Assembly (NCBI GenBank): GCA_944389565.1
Contig: CALXMV010000004.1
Location: 11,859-75,858 of the forward strand
Origin: an uncultured Kiritimatiellota bacterium
Lineage (GTDB): Bacteria; Verrucomicrobiota; Kiritimatiellia; RFP12; DVOR01
Length of the DNA: 64,000 nt
Direction: 5' to 3'
The notes under the pieces were generated by a model. The model was not told the origin of the DNA. It saw nothing but the letters and a program-made list of their open reading frames with translations, and made no database searches. Shown in pieces: positions 8,276 through 18,626 of this stretch (position 1 is its first letter; every line of letters starts with the position of its first letter). Made by a program: the position numbers and the translations under genes.

Positions 8276-9463
8276 ATGAAACAGAACCACCTCACGCACA
8301 CCAAGCGCCACGCGGGCTTCACGCTCGTCGAACTCTTGGTCGTCGTCGCCATCATCGCCGTCATCGGCGCCGGCGTCGCCGTCACCTACCGTAACCTCGA
8401 CGACAAGGCCCAGACCGCGATGGAGATCTCCGACTGCTCCATCCTCAAGAAGGTCATCGCCCAGTGGGGCGCCATCAACGACGGGAAGATCCCCGACGGC
8501 CTCGACTCCCTCGTCTCCACCGAAGGCGAACTCTATTCCACGATGCCCGCGCTCGGGATGGACGAGGACGTCCCCAGCGACACCACGATGGGCCTCAACG
8601 GCCCCCTCGGCTACACCCTCGCCGTCCGCCAGGCGCCCGCGGTCGTCCTCTCCAACCTCTCCGCCGCCGGCCTCACGCACGTCTACCGCCACCTCATCGG
8701 CGAGGACAACGTGAACGGCAACGCCAACGACTCCACCTGGGAGGCCGGTGAGACCACGATGACCCTGCCCCCGATGATGGGCGGCGGCGAGGTCTCCATG
8801 CCCTCCGGCCAGGTCGACACCTCCCGCACGCTCTACACCCTCACCAGGGGCGGCGACAGCACGATGGAGACCGCCCAGAAGCTCGTGGACGACCCCGGCC
8901 CGAAGAATCCCGAGTCCTGGCCCGCCGATGGCTACACCGCCGCCGACGGCGTCACCTACGCCGACCAGAGTGCCTTCGTCCAAGCCCAGCAGGAGGCCCA
9001 GGAGGTGCTCGACGCCCCCGTCACCGACAAGCTCGCCTTCGTCTGGTCCGGCAGCGGCGCCAACCAAGAGGGCGTGCCCATGCCCATGAACATGTCCGAG
9101 GAGATCATGACCAACTGCGGTTACACCGCCGACGAGGTCGCCAACCCCGAGGAAGATGTCAAGCGCGAGATCGCCGCCGGCAAGAAGTGCTACCTCGTCG
9201 TGATGGGTCTGGGCCGCTTCGCCTCCATCTACGACGCCAAATCCATCCGCGTGGACGCCCCCGCCTACGGCAAGCGCAACGGCCAGAGCAAGGCCTACTA
9301 CAACCGCTACCTCGTGGTCATCAGCGTCCCCCTGGAGGAATACGACTCCATGACCGGCTCGTCCGTCCTCCCCGCCGTCGTCGACGTCCTCACCCCGCAG
9401 GGCTACTCCGTCGCCGCCCTCCGCGACAAGTACATCGCCGACGAGGAACGCGTCAAGGACTAA
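8276..9463 (+). CDS. prepilin-type N-terminal cleavage/methylation domain protein (large pilin/pseudopilin, 395 aa)
   Basis: MKQNHLTHTKRHAG|FTLVELLVVVAIIAVIGAG is a class III signal sequence, with G-1 and E+5. Confidence 0.75.
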   Translation: MKQNHLTHTKRHAGFTLVELLVVVAIIAVIGAGVAVTYRNLDDKAQTAMEISDCSILKKVIAQWGAINDGKIPDGLDSLVSTEGELYSTMPALGMDEDVPSDTTMGLNGPLGYTLAVRQAPAVVLSNLSAAGLTHVYRHLIGEDNVNGNANDSTWEAGETTMTLPPMMGGGEVSMPSGQVDTSRTLYTLTRGGDSTMETAQKLVDDPGPKNPESWPADGYTAADGVTYADQSAFVQAQQEAQEVLDAPVTDKLAFVWSGSGANQEGVPMPMNMSEEIMTNCGYTADEVANPEEDVKREIAAGKKCYLVVMGLGRFASIYDAKSIRVDAPAYGKRNGQSKAYYNRYLVVISVPLEEYDSMTGSSVLPAVVDVLTPQGYSVAALRDKYIADEERVKD

Positions 9464-9465
9464 AG

Positions 9466-9622
9466 GGAGGTTTGGAAGTTTGGAGGCTTGGAGGTTTGGC
9501 GGCTTGGCCCGCGCAACCCGCAGACCCGGTCGCCGATCCTCCGAGACTCAGCCGCCGATCCAACGAGAGGTAGCCGCTGATCCTCCGAGACTCAGCCGCC
9601 AATCCTCGAAAGGAAAGAACCC
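9466..9622 (+). repeat. intergenic tandem repeats between pilin genes: 5 x 8-mer (AGGTTTGG-like) followed by two 22-nt direct repeats GATCCTCCGAGACTCAGCCGCC
   Basis: gggaggtttggaagtttggaggcttggaggtttggcggcttgg ... ccgatcctccgagactcagccgccgatccaacgagaggtagccgctgatcctccgagactcagccgccaatcctcgaaagg. Confidence 0.55.
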
Positions 9623-9626
9623 CGAC

Positions 9627-10487
9627 ATGAAGACGTCCACGCCCGACCCCATCCCCGCCCGCCGCGGCTTTACCCTCGTGGAGCTGCTGGTGGTCATCGC
9701 CATCGTGGCGGTGGTGGGCGCGGGCGTGGCCGTTACCTATGGACGCAACGTGGTGGACGACGCGCGGCGGCGGATGACGCTCCACGAGATGGGGCAGATC
9801 CGCGACGCCTTCGCCCGCTTCCATGCCGACAACGCCCCGCGCCTGCTCGCCGGGCTCCACGCGCCCAACGACAACGACGTCTTCCCCTCGAGCGCCTTCA
9901 TCGCCACCTTCACGGGCAGCGACGTCCCCGTCGCGGGCGACCGCACCTACGGCATGCTCGAGTTCTACGAGCGTTACGGTCTCTGGCCGCTCCTGCAGCC
10001 TTCCGTCTCGGAGGACGACACGCGCCTGGAGGACGATGAGTTCGTCGTCTTCGGCGACCCCGACCCCCTCACGGGCGAGGGCTGGCAGGGCCCCTACGCC
10101 GACGCCCCCAGCCGCGTGGCCTGCGTGGCCGACGACGCCGCTTACGGCACGCTCACCCCCGCCGGCGACGGCGCGAGCGGCGCCGTCTTCCCCCAGATCG
10201 CCACCCGTTACGGTGGGTTCTACCGTATCCTCTACCTCGAGCACTGCGAGGACGAGGCCGACCTCACCCAACCCATTTACCGCCGCCTCTTCCTGGTCTG
10301 CGCCGAGCGCCCCGAGGACTGGGACGAATTCGACGCCGCCGAGCTCGGCGCCCTCACCGGCAACCGCCGCCTCGGCGTCGACGCCGGCCCCCTCGACCTC
10401 GCCACCGGCGCCCTCCGCCAGCGCGACGCCGCCCGCGGCCTCACCTTCGTGGAGCTCCTCAACCTCGACATCTGGAGGACGCCATGA
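9627..10487 (+). CDS. prepilin-type N-terminal cleavage/methylation domain protein (286 aa)
   Basis: MKTSTPDPIPARRG|FTLVELLVVIAIVAVVGAG. Confidence 0.7.
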   Translation: MKTSTPDPIPARRGFTLVELLVVIAIVAVVGAGVAVTYGRNVVDDARRRMTLHEMGQIRDAFARFHADNAPRLLAGLHAPNDNDVFPSSAFIATFTGSDVPVAGDRTYGMLEFYERYGLWPLLQPSVSEDDTRLEDDEFVVFGDPDPLTGEGWQGPYADAPSRVACVADDAAYGTLTPAGDGASGAVFPQIATRYGGFYRILYLEHCEDEADLTQPIYRRLFLVCAERPEDWDEFDAAELGALTGNRRLGVDAGPLDLATGALRQRDAARGLTFVELLNLDIWRTP

Positions 10488-11482
10488 ACGCGCGCGGGAT
10501 GACGCTTATCGAACTCTTGGTCGTCCTAGCCATCTTGGCGGGACTGACGGCGGCCGTCATGACCGGCGCGGCGGCCACGCGCGAGAAGGGGCGTTACGAC
10601 CGGACGGCCCGCGACGCCGAGGCGATGCGCGCGGCGCTCACCCGCCCCGACGGCCTCTCGCTCGTCGCCGACCTCGGGCACGCCCCCACCAACGCCAACG
10701 AACTCTGCCTCCTCTTCGGTGCGCGCCTCCCGCATGAGACCGTGACGGAGGATCCCGAGCATCCCGGCGAAATGCTCACGTCCGTCGCCGTCCACGACGT
10801 TCCCGCCTGGCGTCTCCTCGCCGCCCCGCTCATCCCCGAGGTGACCACGCCGCAATATCTTGCCGCCGAGATCGCCGCCCCCGCCGCCGCCATCACCAAC
10901 CACTTCGACACCGTGACCCTGGGCGCGGGCTGGCGCGGCCCTTATTGCACGGGCGATGCGCTCGACGCCGACGCCACCGACCCCGACAATCCCATCCCCT
11001 TCGTCCGCGACGGCTTCGGCGGGCTCTGGGAGTTCGACGGCGCCACCCTCGTCAGCCGCGGCCGCGACCGCATGGACGATGCGTTCCAGCCCGACGCCCA
11101 AGCCATCGATTGGCGCGACCGCGACCGTACCTTTGATGTCTCCGCGCCCGCCCCCACCCTTTCGCTGACCGTCTCGACCGAGGGTGACGCCGCCGTGCAA
11201 CGGCTCCACGTCTTCGTCCACCAGCCCGCGCTCACCCTGCCGTCCACCCCCGCCACCGCGCCGACGGTCGGCCTGGCCTGCCGCTATTACCGGTTCGAGA
11301 ACGCCGATTCCGTCCTTCTCTCCGCAGGGCTCACCGCAGGCGAGCGCGTCGTCTTCGTGTTGGCTGCGACGGCCTCCGGCGCGATGGCCGCGCCGCCGCG
11401 CCGCGTGCTCCTGCGCCCCGGCGCCAACGCCGTCTCCTTGCCCCTCCACCTTGCCACCGCCTATCCGCTCCCCGCACCATGA
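10484..11482 (+). CDS. prepilin-type N-terminal cleavage/methylation domain protein (332 aa)
   Basis: MNARG|MTLIELLVVLAILAGL. ATGA overlap with the upstream gene. Confidence 0.7.
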   Translation: MNARGMTLIELLVVLAILAGLTAAVMTGAAATREKGRYDRTARDAEAMRAALTRPDGLSLVADLGHAPTNANELCLLFGARLPHETVTEDPEHPGEMLTSVAVHDVPAWRLLAAPLIPEVTTPQYLAAEIAAPAAAITNHFDTVTLGAGWRGPYCTGDALDADATDPDNPIPFVRDGFGGLWEFDGATLVSRGRDRMDDAFQPDAQAIDWRDRDRTFDVSAPAPTLSLTVSTEGDAAVQRLHVFVHQPALTLPSTPATAPTVGLACRYYRFENADSVLLSAGLTAGERVVFVLAATASGAMAAPPRRVLLRPGANAVSLPLHLATAYPLPAP

Positions 11483-12813
11483 AACCCAAACGTTCCAAGA
11501 TCCCGGCCATCCTGATTTACGACGGCGCGCGTTGGCACCTCCCCGGCCAGACGCCCGTGGCCGCCGCGCCCGACGCTCCGCCCCCCGCGTGGCTCGACAG
11601 TCTCGCGCAGACCCACACCGCCGTGCGTTTCCTGTTGGAGGGCGACATCTCCCGGCTCGACCTGACCTTGCCGCCCCGCACCGGGTGGGACGAGGCGCAA
11701 ACGATCGTCGCGCAAGAAATCGCCGACCAAACGGGCACCGACCCCGCGTCGCTCACGCCCGCCGGACAAGCCTACGGCGCGGGGCGTGAGTCCGCACTGC
11801 TCGCCGCGCTCTTCCCCCAGGATCGCCTCGTCGCCCTGCGCGAGGCCACCGAGGCCGCCGGCTTGTGGTTTGCCGGCGCGGCATCCTTGGCTTTGGCCTG
11901 CGCGGCGGTTTGGCGCGGGAAGGACGGGAAAGCGCGGGAGACGCTCCTCGTGGTGGGCGCCGGGCAAACCCTGGTGGTGCCGCCCGCGCCGGCGACGCCT
12001 TTCCCCGTGGCCGGCGGCCTGCGCCACGCCGCCATGAGCGCGGAGGCTTGGTTGGAACGTTTCACGCACGGCGCGCGCGCCTTGGGCGCCGAATCCGCCT
12101 TGCGTGTGCTCGTCGCCGGGGAACCGACCATCGATTTGGCCACGACGCTCCGCGACGTGGGTGGCTTCGCCGACGCACGCGCACTCTCGGCCGAGGGGCT
12201 TCTGGCCGAGGCCGCCGCCTGCGCGGCCAAGGCGCGGACGAACCGTCTGGGCGAGGCCGTGCCGGTGGCCAACCCGTGGGAACCGCGCAAGCGTTTCTCG
12301 CACGCTTGGATCGTGACCCCCTGCCTGCTCATCCTGGCCTTGCCCTATCTGTATACGGGGCTGGAACACCTGAAGTTGCGCGCCGCCGAACGGCGTTACC
12401 GCGCCGAGGCCGCCCAGTACCTGCCGTTGGAGAAGGCCACCGAGGCCGCGCAGAAGCGCAAGGATGCCGCGCAACGCGCCCTCGACACGGAAAACGCCAC
12501 CCAGCAGACGCTTGCCCGCCGGCGTTTGCCGCTCGCCGCCTTCGTGCAGGTGGCCTATTTCTTCTGCAAGCATGCCGGCCCGACGGTCATCCTCACCGGC
12601 CTTTCCGAGCGCGACGGCATCGTCACCGCCACGGGGACCTCCTCCGACCAAGAGGACGACCTGGCCCTGAGCAATGCGCTCACCGCCTTCGCCGAGACCG
12701 AGGGTCTGCGCATCGCCACGTCCAGCAAAGAGACGACCAAGGATGACGAGGGGCTGCCGCTCACGCGATTTGTCTACACCATCGATTGCACCCGCATGGG
12801 AGGCGCGCAATGA
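11479..12813 (+). CDS. pilus/T2SS assembly protein, GspL- or PilM-PilN-fusion-like (cytoplasmic domain + single TM + periplasmic coiled coil)
   Basis: 444 aa with a central TM segment (WIVTPCLLILALPYLYTGL) followed by a coiled-coil region. Position in the cluster and ATGA coupling support the call. Confidence 0.45.
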   Translation: MKPKRSKIPAILIYDGARWHLPGQTPVAAAPDAPPPAWLDSLAQTHTAVRFLLEGDISRLDLTLPPRTGWDEAQTIVAQEIADQTGTDPASLTPAGQAYGAGRESALLAALFPQDRLVALREATEAAGLWFAGAASLALACAAVWRGKDGKARETLLVVGAGQTLVVPPAPATPFPVAGGLRHAAMSAEAWLERFTHGARALGAESALRVLVAGEPTIDLATTLRDVGGFADARALSAEGLLAEAAACAAKARTNRLGEAVPVANPWEPRKRFSHAWIVTPCLLILALPYLYTGLEHLKLRAAERRYRAEAAQYLPLEKATEAAQKRKDAAQRALDTENATQQTLARRRLPLAAFVQVAYFFCKHAGPTVILTGLSERDGIVTATGTSSDQEDDLALSNALTAFAETEGLRIATSSKETTKDDEGLPLTRFVYTIDCTRMGGAQ

Positions 12814-13619
12814 AGGCTGACTTCCTCGCCAAAACCAACAGTTGGCACTGGCTCGCCGCCGCCGTGGCCGTGAGCGCGGTGATCTCCGGCTTCCTCTGGC
12901 AACGGCAGATCGCCGCCGTGCGTGCCGAGCGCGACCCCGCCTTGACACGCATGGCCCGCCATCTCGAGTCGCTCCGCGCCCTCCTGCCCGAGGGCCCCGA
13001 GACGCTCGACCGCCAGACCGACACGCTCAAGACCCGCCTGACGGCCCTGCGACAGGAAGTGGCCAAGGCCGGCTTCGCCCCCATCCCTGAGGGCGCGGAA
13101 AGCACGCTCGCCACCAAGAACGCCGTCGAGCGCGCCCTCGCCGCCCGCAACCTGCGCGTGCTCTCCTCCGCCTTCGCCGCCGTGCCCGAACCCTCCGCGG
13201 GCAAAAGCCCCGCCGCGCGCGCCGCCGCGACCCGAACCACGCAACCCGTGAGCGCCGAGGCTTACGCCCGCGAGGTCCAGCGCGCCGCCGCGAAGTTGCC
13301 CGACAACATGCGGGCCGACTTCATGCGCGACGCCCAGCGGAAAATCGCCCAACTCAAGGCTGCCGAGGCTCGCGCCGCCAAACGCGCGGCCAAACGTCCC
13401 GCCGCGGCCGCCCCCGCCCCTAAGGCCGCGCCCGTGCGTCTGCCCTTCCGCTCGGAGGAGATGGCCTATGTGGCGGAGGGCGATTTCCGGGACATCTTCC
13501 TCTTCTTCGTGGGCGAAACCTTCAAGAAGCCTCCCTACCACTTCAAGGACATCGCGGTGTCGCGTCCCGACGAGGGGGCGCTCCGCCTCACCTTCACCCT
13601 GCAGGCGAACTACCGATGA
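12810..13619 (+). CDS. pilus assembly protein PilO/GspM-like (N-terminal TM, periplasmic domain)
   Basis: 270 aa with an N-terminal TM segment (WHWLAAAVAVSAVISGFLW) followed by a coiled-coil. Translationally coupled to its neighbours. Confidence 0.4.
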   Translation: MKADFLAKTNSWHWLAAAVAVSAVISGFLWQRQIAAVRAERDPALTRMARHLESLRALLPEGPETLDRQTDTLKTRLTALRQEVAKAGFAPIPEGAESTLATKNAVERALAARNLRVLSSAFAAVPEPSAGKSPAARAAATRTTQPVSAEAYAREVQRAAAKLPDNMRADFMRDAQRKIAQLKAAEARAAKRAAKRPAAAAPAPKAAPVRLPFRSEEMAYVAEGDFRDIFLFFVGETFKKPPYHFKDIAVSRPDEGALRLTFTLQANYR

Positions 13620-15061
13620 ACACGGAACGACTCGATGTCACCCGGGTGCACCCCCCGCAGGCCGTCCTGAACCTCCTGCCGCCACGGCTGGCGCGCGGGC
13701 TCGGCGCCCTCCCCGTGGCCGTCACGCCCGATGGCACGGTAACCCTCTGCGTGGCCGACGCCACGGATTTCGCCCTGCGCGACAAGGCCGAGCGCGCCTT
13801 GGCCGGCCATGCCGTGCGCTACGTGGAGCCCGCCGACCCCGCGACCTTCGCCGCCGCCCTCCGCGAGAATTACCCCGACGCCGCGCTCAACGGCACGCTT
13901 GACCGGCCGGAGGAACTCTTCGCCTATATGCTCCGCCGTGCCCTCACCCGGGGCGCCAGCGATATCCACGTCTCGCCGGACGAGCGCGGGGCGCGGATCC
14001 GCCTGCGCGTGGATGGGCGCTTGGTGACCGACCGCCGCGAACCGCCCGAGGCCGCCGCCGAGTTCGTCTCGTATATCAAGGTCTTGGCCAAACTCGACAT
14101 CGCCGAGCGCCGCGCCCCGCAGGATGGCAACATCGACACGGAACTCGACGGCGCGACCATCGCCCTGCGCGTGGCCACCGTGCCCACGCTCTACGGCGAG
14201 CACGTGACGCTCCGCCTCCTGAGCCAAACGGCGCGAACCCAGCAACTGGAGCGGTTGGAGGACTTGGGCATGCACCCGGAGGCCTTCGCCCTCTTCCGCA
14301 AGGCCCTGCGCGCGCCAAACGGCGTCATCATCATCTCCGGCCCCACCGGCAGCGGCAAGACAACCACGCTCTACGCCGCGCTCCGTGCCCTCGCCGCTCC
14401 CGACGACCGGCACCTCGTGAGCATCGAGGATCCCGTCGAGAAACCCGTCGCGGGGGTCACGCAAATCAAGGTCGACAGCCGCCAGGAGCGTGTCTCCTTC
14501 GCCAAAGCCCTGCGCAGCGTGCTCCGCCACGACCCCGACGTGGTGATGGTGGGCGAGATCCGCGACGGCGAGACGGCCGCCACCGCCCTGCGCTCGGCCC
14601 TCACCGGCCACCTCGTGCTCACCACCCTGCACACCAACAGCGCACCCGCCATCCTCACCCGCCTCACCGACCTCGGCGTGCCGCCCTATCTTGTGGCCGG
14701 GACGCTCCGCCTGGCGATGGCCCAGCGTCTGGTGCGCCGGCCCTGCCCCGAGTGCGTGGTTTGGGCGCCGGCCACGCCCGAGGAGTGCGCCGCCTGCGGG
14801 TGGGACGCCACGCACCCGCCGCGCGTGCCCCACGCCAAAGGTTGCCCCTATTGCGGCGGCACGGGCTACGCCGGGCGAACGGCGGTCTACGAGATGCTTC
14901 CGGTGGACGACGCGGCGCGCGCCGCTCTCATGGCCGGCCGCCCGCCGACCATCGCCGACCCCGCGCTCACCCTGCGCGGCGATGGCTTGCGCAAAGTCTT
15001 GGAGGGTGAAACGACGCTCGACGAAATCGCCGAGGTCATCGACAACGAGTTGCTCCTGTGA
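13616..15061 (+). CDS. type II secretion/type IV pilus assembly ATPase (GspE/PilB family)
   Basis: Walker A GPTGSGKTTTLYAAL, Asp/His boxes, and a tetracysteine motif CPEC...CPYCGG. Confidence 0.85.
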   Translation: MNTERLDVTRVHPPQAVLNLLPPRLARGLGALPVAVTPDGTVTLCVADATDFALRDKAERALAGHAVRYVEPADPATFAAALRENYPDAALNGTLDRPEELFAYMLRRALTRGASDIHVSPDERGARIRLRVDGRLVTDRREPPEAAAEFVSYIKVLAKLDIAERRAPQDGNIDTELDGATIALRVATVPTLYGEHVTLRLLSQTARTQQLERLEDLGMHPEAFALFRKALRAPNGVIIISGPTGSGKTTTLYAALRALAAPDDRHLVSIEDPVEKPVAGVTQIKVDSRQERVSFAKALRSVLRHDPDVVMVGEIRDGETAATALRSALTGHLVLTTLHTNSAPAILTRLTDLGVPPYLVAGTLRLAMAQRLVRRPCPECVVWAPATPEECAACGWDATHPPRVPHAKGCPYCGGTGYAGRTAVYEMLPVDDAARAALMAGRPPTIADPALTLRGDGLRKVLEGETTLDEIAEVIDNELLL

Positions 15062-16290
15062 TGCGGTTCTCCTACAACGGCCTGCAAGGCGGCAGGAAGG
15101 TCTCCGGTTTCGTGGAGGCCGAGGATGCCCAGGCGGCGCGCGCGGCGCTCCGCGAGCGCGGGGTGTTGCCCATCGACGTGTCGCCGGCGCCGGCCGGGCG
15201 GGGTGGGGCGGGGCTGCGTCCGCGCAACGGTCTCGAACGCGCCCTGAGCCGTTGGATGGTGTCGCAACAGTCCGTCGAGCAGGCGTTCATGCAACTTTCG
15301 GTGCTGTTGCGGGGCGACGTGGCGGTGGTGGAGGCCTTCGAGACGGCCGCGGGGCTGGCGAAGGGCTATCTGGCGCAGGCGTTGTGGGAGACGGCGCAGG
15401 CGGTGCGCGGGGGCAGTTCGTTGGCCAAGGCGATGCGCGCGGCGATGCCGTGGGTGGGGGCGTTGCACCTGGGCCTGGTGGCGGTGGGCGAGGCCAACGG
15501 CGCCCTGCCGCGGATGTTCGATTACTGCGTGGGGCTGATGGCGGCGCGGCGCAAACTGCGCAACGAAATCATCCGCGCGATGACCTATCCCGCCATCGTC
15601 GTGCTCATGGGCATGGGCGTGGGCTACTACGTGAGCACGGTGGCCATCCCGCAGATCGCCTCGGTGATGGGCAACCCCGACGCCCTGCCGCCCATCACGC
15701 GCTCGTTGCTCGACACGAGCGACTGGGTCAAGACCGAGGGCTACTGGCTTATCCTCGGCCCCGTGCTTTTCGTTGTGGCGCTCGCGCTCCTGCGGCGCGT
15801 GCCGGGGATGGGGCTGGTGCTCGACCGCGTGGGCCTGGCGGTGCCGCTCTTCGGCAAGGTGGGGCGTTACGCCGGCAACGCGCTCTTCAACCAAACCCTC
15901 GCCATCCTGCTCGAGAGCGGCATCTCGGTGGTCGAGTCCCTCGCGCTTATCCGCGGCACGCTTGCCAACGCCTTCTATCGCCGCCAAGTCGCCGCCGTCC
16001 GCGCGGACGTCCTGGCCGGCAAGCCGCTCTCCGAGGGCATCGCCGCCAGCGCGCTCAACCGCCTCTCCCCGCTCTCCAAGGCGCTCGTCCGCGTGGGCGA
16101 AAGTTCCGGCAACCTCGCCGAGGGCTTGCGCTACGTGGGCGACTTCTACGCGCAGGCCCTCGCGCGCCGCCTGGACCTGCTGGGCAAACTCGTCGAGCCT
16201 GCGCTCGTCATCGTCGTCGGCGGCATGGTCGCCTATGTCTACGTCGCCTTCTTCATGGGCATGGCCGCGATGAACGCGGCCGCAGGTTGA
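15058..16290 (+). CDS. type II secretion/type IV pilus platform protein (GspF/PilC family)
   Basis: 410 aa polytopic membrane protein with two GspF-type repeats. Confidence 0.85.
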   Translation: MMRFSYNGLQGGRKVSGFVEAEDAQAARAALRERGVLPIDVSPAPAGRGGAGLRPRNGLERALSRWMVSQQSVEQAFMQLSVLLRGDVAVVEAFETAAGLAKGYLAQALWETAQAVRGGSSLAKAMRAAMPWVGALHLGLVAVGEANGALPRMFDYCVGLMAARRKLRNEIIRAMTYPAIVVLMGMGVGYYVSTVAIPQIASVMGNPDALPPITRSLLDTSDWVKTEGYWLILGPVLFVVALALLRRVPGMGLVLDRVGLAVPLFGKVGRYAGNALFNQTLAILLESGISVVESLALIRGTLANAFYRRQVAAVRADVLAGKPLSEGIAASALNRLSPLSKALVRVGESSGNLAEGLRYVGDFYAQALARRLDLLGKLVEPALVIVVGGMVAYVYVAFFMGMAAMNAAAG

Positions 16291-16313
16291 GGGAATTGAT
16301 GAAAGGAACCCGA

Positions 16314-16796
16314 ATGAAACGCTTCATCCCGCTTGCGTTGCTACTCCTCGCGTCCACGGCCTTTGCCGAAATCCCCCTTGCCGACCCGCCGCAGAAACTG
16401 CGCGACAAGGATGGCAAGCCTGAGACGGGGCTGGTCGACCCCTTTGTGCCGCGCGGCGCGACGGAAGACCCCGAGATGCCCGGCAGCGGCCTCACCCGCA
16501 CGGCCGCCGGCGAGCTGCCCGCCGACTTCCGCATCCTTGCCATCTCCATTCCCGAGAAGGGCGAGCCCACCGCGCTCGTGCGCATGGCCAAGGACGAGGA
16601 GCCCACCCTCGTACGCGAGGGCGACCAGATCCGCGTGCCGCGCGCCGACCCGCGTCGCGCCCGTTCTCGCGCCGCCACGCCCGACCCCAACGCCCGCACC
16701 ACCTTCTATCTCTACGTCAAGACCATCACCCCCACCTACATCGAGGTCTACCACACCAAGACCCGTCCCGACGACACGCAAATCCTCCGCTGGTGA
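16314..16796 (+). CDS. secreted protein, possible PilP/GspC-like secretin-associated component
   Basis: Signal peptide MKRFIPLALLLLASTAFA, 160 aa, located directly upstream of the secretin gene. An alternative start lies at 16299. Confidence 0.4.
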   Translation: MKRFIPLALLLLASTAFAEIPLADPPQKLRDKDGKPETGLVDPFVPRGATEDPEMPGSGLTRTAAGELPADFRILAISIPEKGEPTALVRMAKDEEPTLVREGDQIRVPRADPRRARSRAATPDPNARTTFYLYVKTITPTYIEVYHTKTRPDDTQILRW

Positions 16797-16801
16797 CCGC
16801 C

Positions 16802-18625
16802 ATGAAACGTCTGCTCCCCCTGCTCCTGCTCGCCTGCCCCCTCCTCGCGCAAACGCCCGCACCCTCCCCCGCGCCTAAGCTGAAGTCGCTTATGGTGCGT
16901 GAGGCCCCCGTGGAGTACGCCATGTGGATCCTCTCCAACGCGTGGGGCCGCCACATCGTCGTTACCGACGCCGCCAAGCAAATCACCGCGCGCGTCTTCC
17001 TGCAAGACATCGACTGCATGAGCGCGCTCAAGGCCATCTGCCGCGCCCACGGCCTGTGGTTCCGCGAAGACCCCGAAAGCGGCGTCATCTACGTCGAGAC
17101 GCTGGAGGAATACGTCGGCAACGCCACCCGCGACAGCCACAAGTTCGTCGAGGTCGTCACCGTCATCTATCCCCGCGCCGAGGATGTCGCCGCCAGCCTG
17201 GAGCAAGTCTTCAACGACATGGTCGTTTACAACGCCCCCGAGGAAGACGACGGCGACCCGGCCAGCGACATCGACCGCGCCCTCGACCGCATGGACCAGC
17301 TCTCCGACCGCGCCACGATGGTCGAGGACGACGCCGCCAGTTCCGGCAGCACCTCCACCCGCCGCTCGCGCCGCAACCGCAACCTCACCGGCCTAGACAA
17401 CGTGCGCGACTATTACCGCGACATGGATCGCCTGAACCGCGACAACGCCGCCATCGTCTCCGAGGGCGAGGATGGCACCCCGCGCGCCACCAGCCCTAGC
17501 GTCGTCTTCGTGGCCGTCGCCCGCGACACCAACACCATCCTCCTGCGCTCCTCCGACCAAGCCACCCTCCGCCAAGTGCGCGAAGTCATCGCCCAACTCG
17601 ACCGCCCCAAACCCCAAGTGCTCCTTGAGGTCCGCATCCTCGCGCTGGACATCACCGACGAGAAGGATCGCCAGCTCGACCTCCTCTTCGGCTCGGAAGG
17701 CGGCTCGCCCATCAAAGGCGGCTTCGTCGGCGGCTACGACAACGGCCCCGTCGGCGGCCTCACCTCCGCCATGGACGCCCTCGGCTCCTTCAACTCCAAC
17801 GCCGCCGCCCTCCAATACCTCTCCGAGAAACTCTCCCTCCGCCTCAAATGGCTGAACGAGCGCGGCAAGGTTCGCCGCCTCGCCACCCCCAACCTCATGG
17901 TTTCCGACTACGAGGCCAGCCGCATCTTCGTGGGCAAGGAAACCTCCATCATCCTCAGCGTCGAAACCTCCACCACCTTCACCGGCACCGAGACCGCCAC
18001 CCCCACCACCTCCACCACCGCCGACATCGACCGCTCCGACATCGGCACCACCCTCGTCATCACCCCCAAAATCCATGCCGACGGCACCTGCACCATCCGC
18101 ATCCTCCAGGAAAACGCCGAGGAAGGCAACGCCAAAAACATGAGCTACGGCCCCAATGCCGAGCGCATCGAATACCAGACCACCGACATCATCAAGCAAT
18201 CCATCGTCTCCACCATCGTCGCCAAATCCGGCGAGACACTCGCCCTCGGCGGCCTCGTCTCGACCATCGACGAAGAGACCACCGCCCGCGTCCCCCTCCT
18301 CGCCGACATCCCCTGGATCGGCCCCCTCCTCTTCGAGCGCAAGAACAAGGCCAAGACCGTCGAGGAGCTCATCGTCCTCGTCCGCCCGCACGTCATCCTC
18401 ACCCCCGGCGACGCCCAGCGTGTCTCCCACGGCTTCTACCAATCCATCGACGCCGACCCCCTGCTCATCGACCAAGCCCGCTCGCTCACCGCCCCCGCGC
18501 CCCAAGCGCCCCAGCCCACCGCCCCCGCGCCCCAAGGCACGCCGCAAAACACGCCGCCCGCCGCCGAAGCCGATGGCGCGAACGCCCCCCTGCTCCGCCC
18601 CATCTCGCAAGCGGAGGCCCGCTAA
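16802..18625 (+). CDS. secretin (GspD/PilQ family outer-membrane channel)
   Basis: Signal peptide MKRLLPLLLLACPLLAQ. C-terminal secretin domain ...VPLLADIPWIGPLLFERKNKAKTVEELIVLVRPHVI. An alternative GTG start lies at 16793. Confidence 0.8.
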   Translation: MKRLLPLLLLACPLLAQTPAPSPAPKLKSLMVREAPVEYAMWILSNAWGRHIVVTDAAKQITARVFLQDIDCMSALKAICRAHGLWFREDPESGVIYVETLEEYVGNATRDSHKFVEVVTVIYPRAEDVAASLEQVFNDMVVYNAPEEDDGDPASDIDRALDRMDQLSDRATMVEDDAASSGSTSTRRSRRNRNLTGLDNVRDYYRDMDRLNRDNAAIVSEGEDGTPRATSPSVVFVAVARDTNTILLRSSDQATLRQVREVIAQLDRPKPQVLLEVRILALDITDEKDRQLDLLFGSEGGSPIKGGFVGGYDNGPVGGLTSAMDALGSFNSNAAALQYLSEKLSLRLKWLNERGKVRRLATPNLMVSDYEASRIFVGKETSIILSVETSTTFTGTETATPTTSTTADIDRSDIGTTLVITPKIHADGTCTIRILQENAEEGNAKNMSYGPNAERIEYQTTDIIKQSIVSTIVAKSGETLALGGLVSTIDEETTARVPLLADIPWIGPLLFERKNKAKTVEELIVLVRPHVILTPGDAQRVSHGFYQSIDADPLLIDQARSLTAPAPQAPQPTAPAPQGTPQNTPPAAEADGANAPLLRPISQAEAR

Positions 18626-18626
18626 G

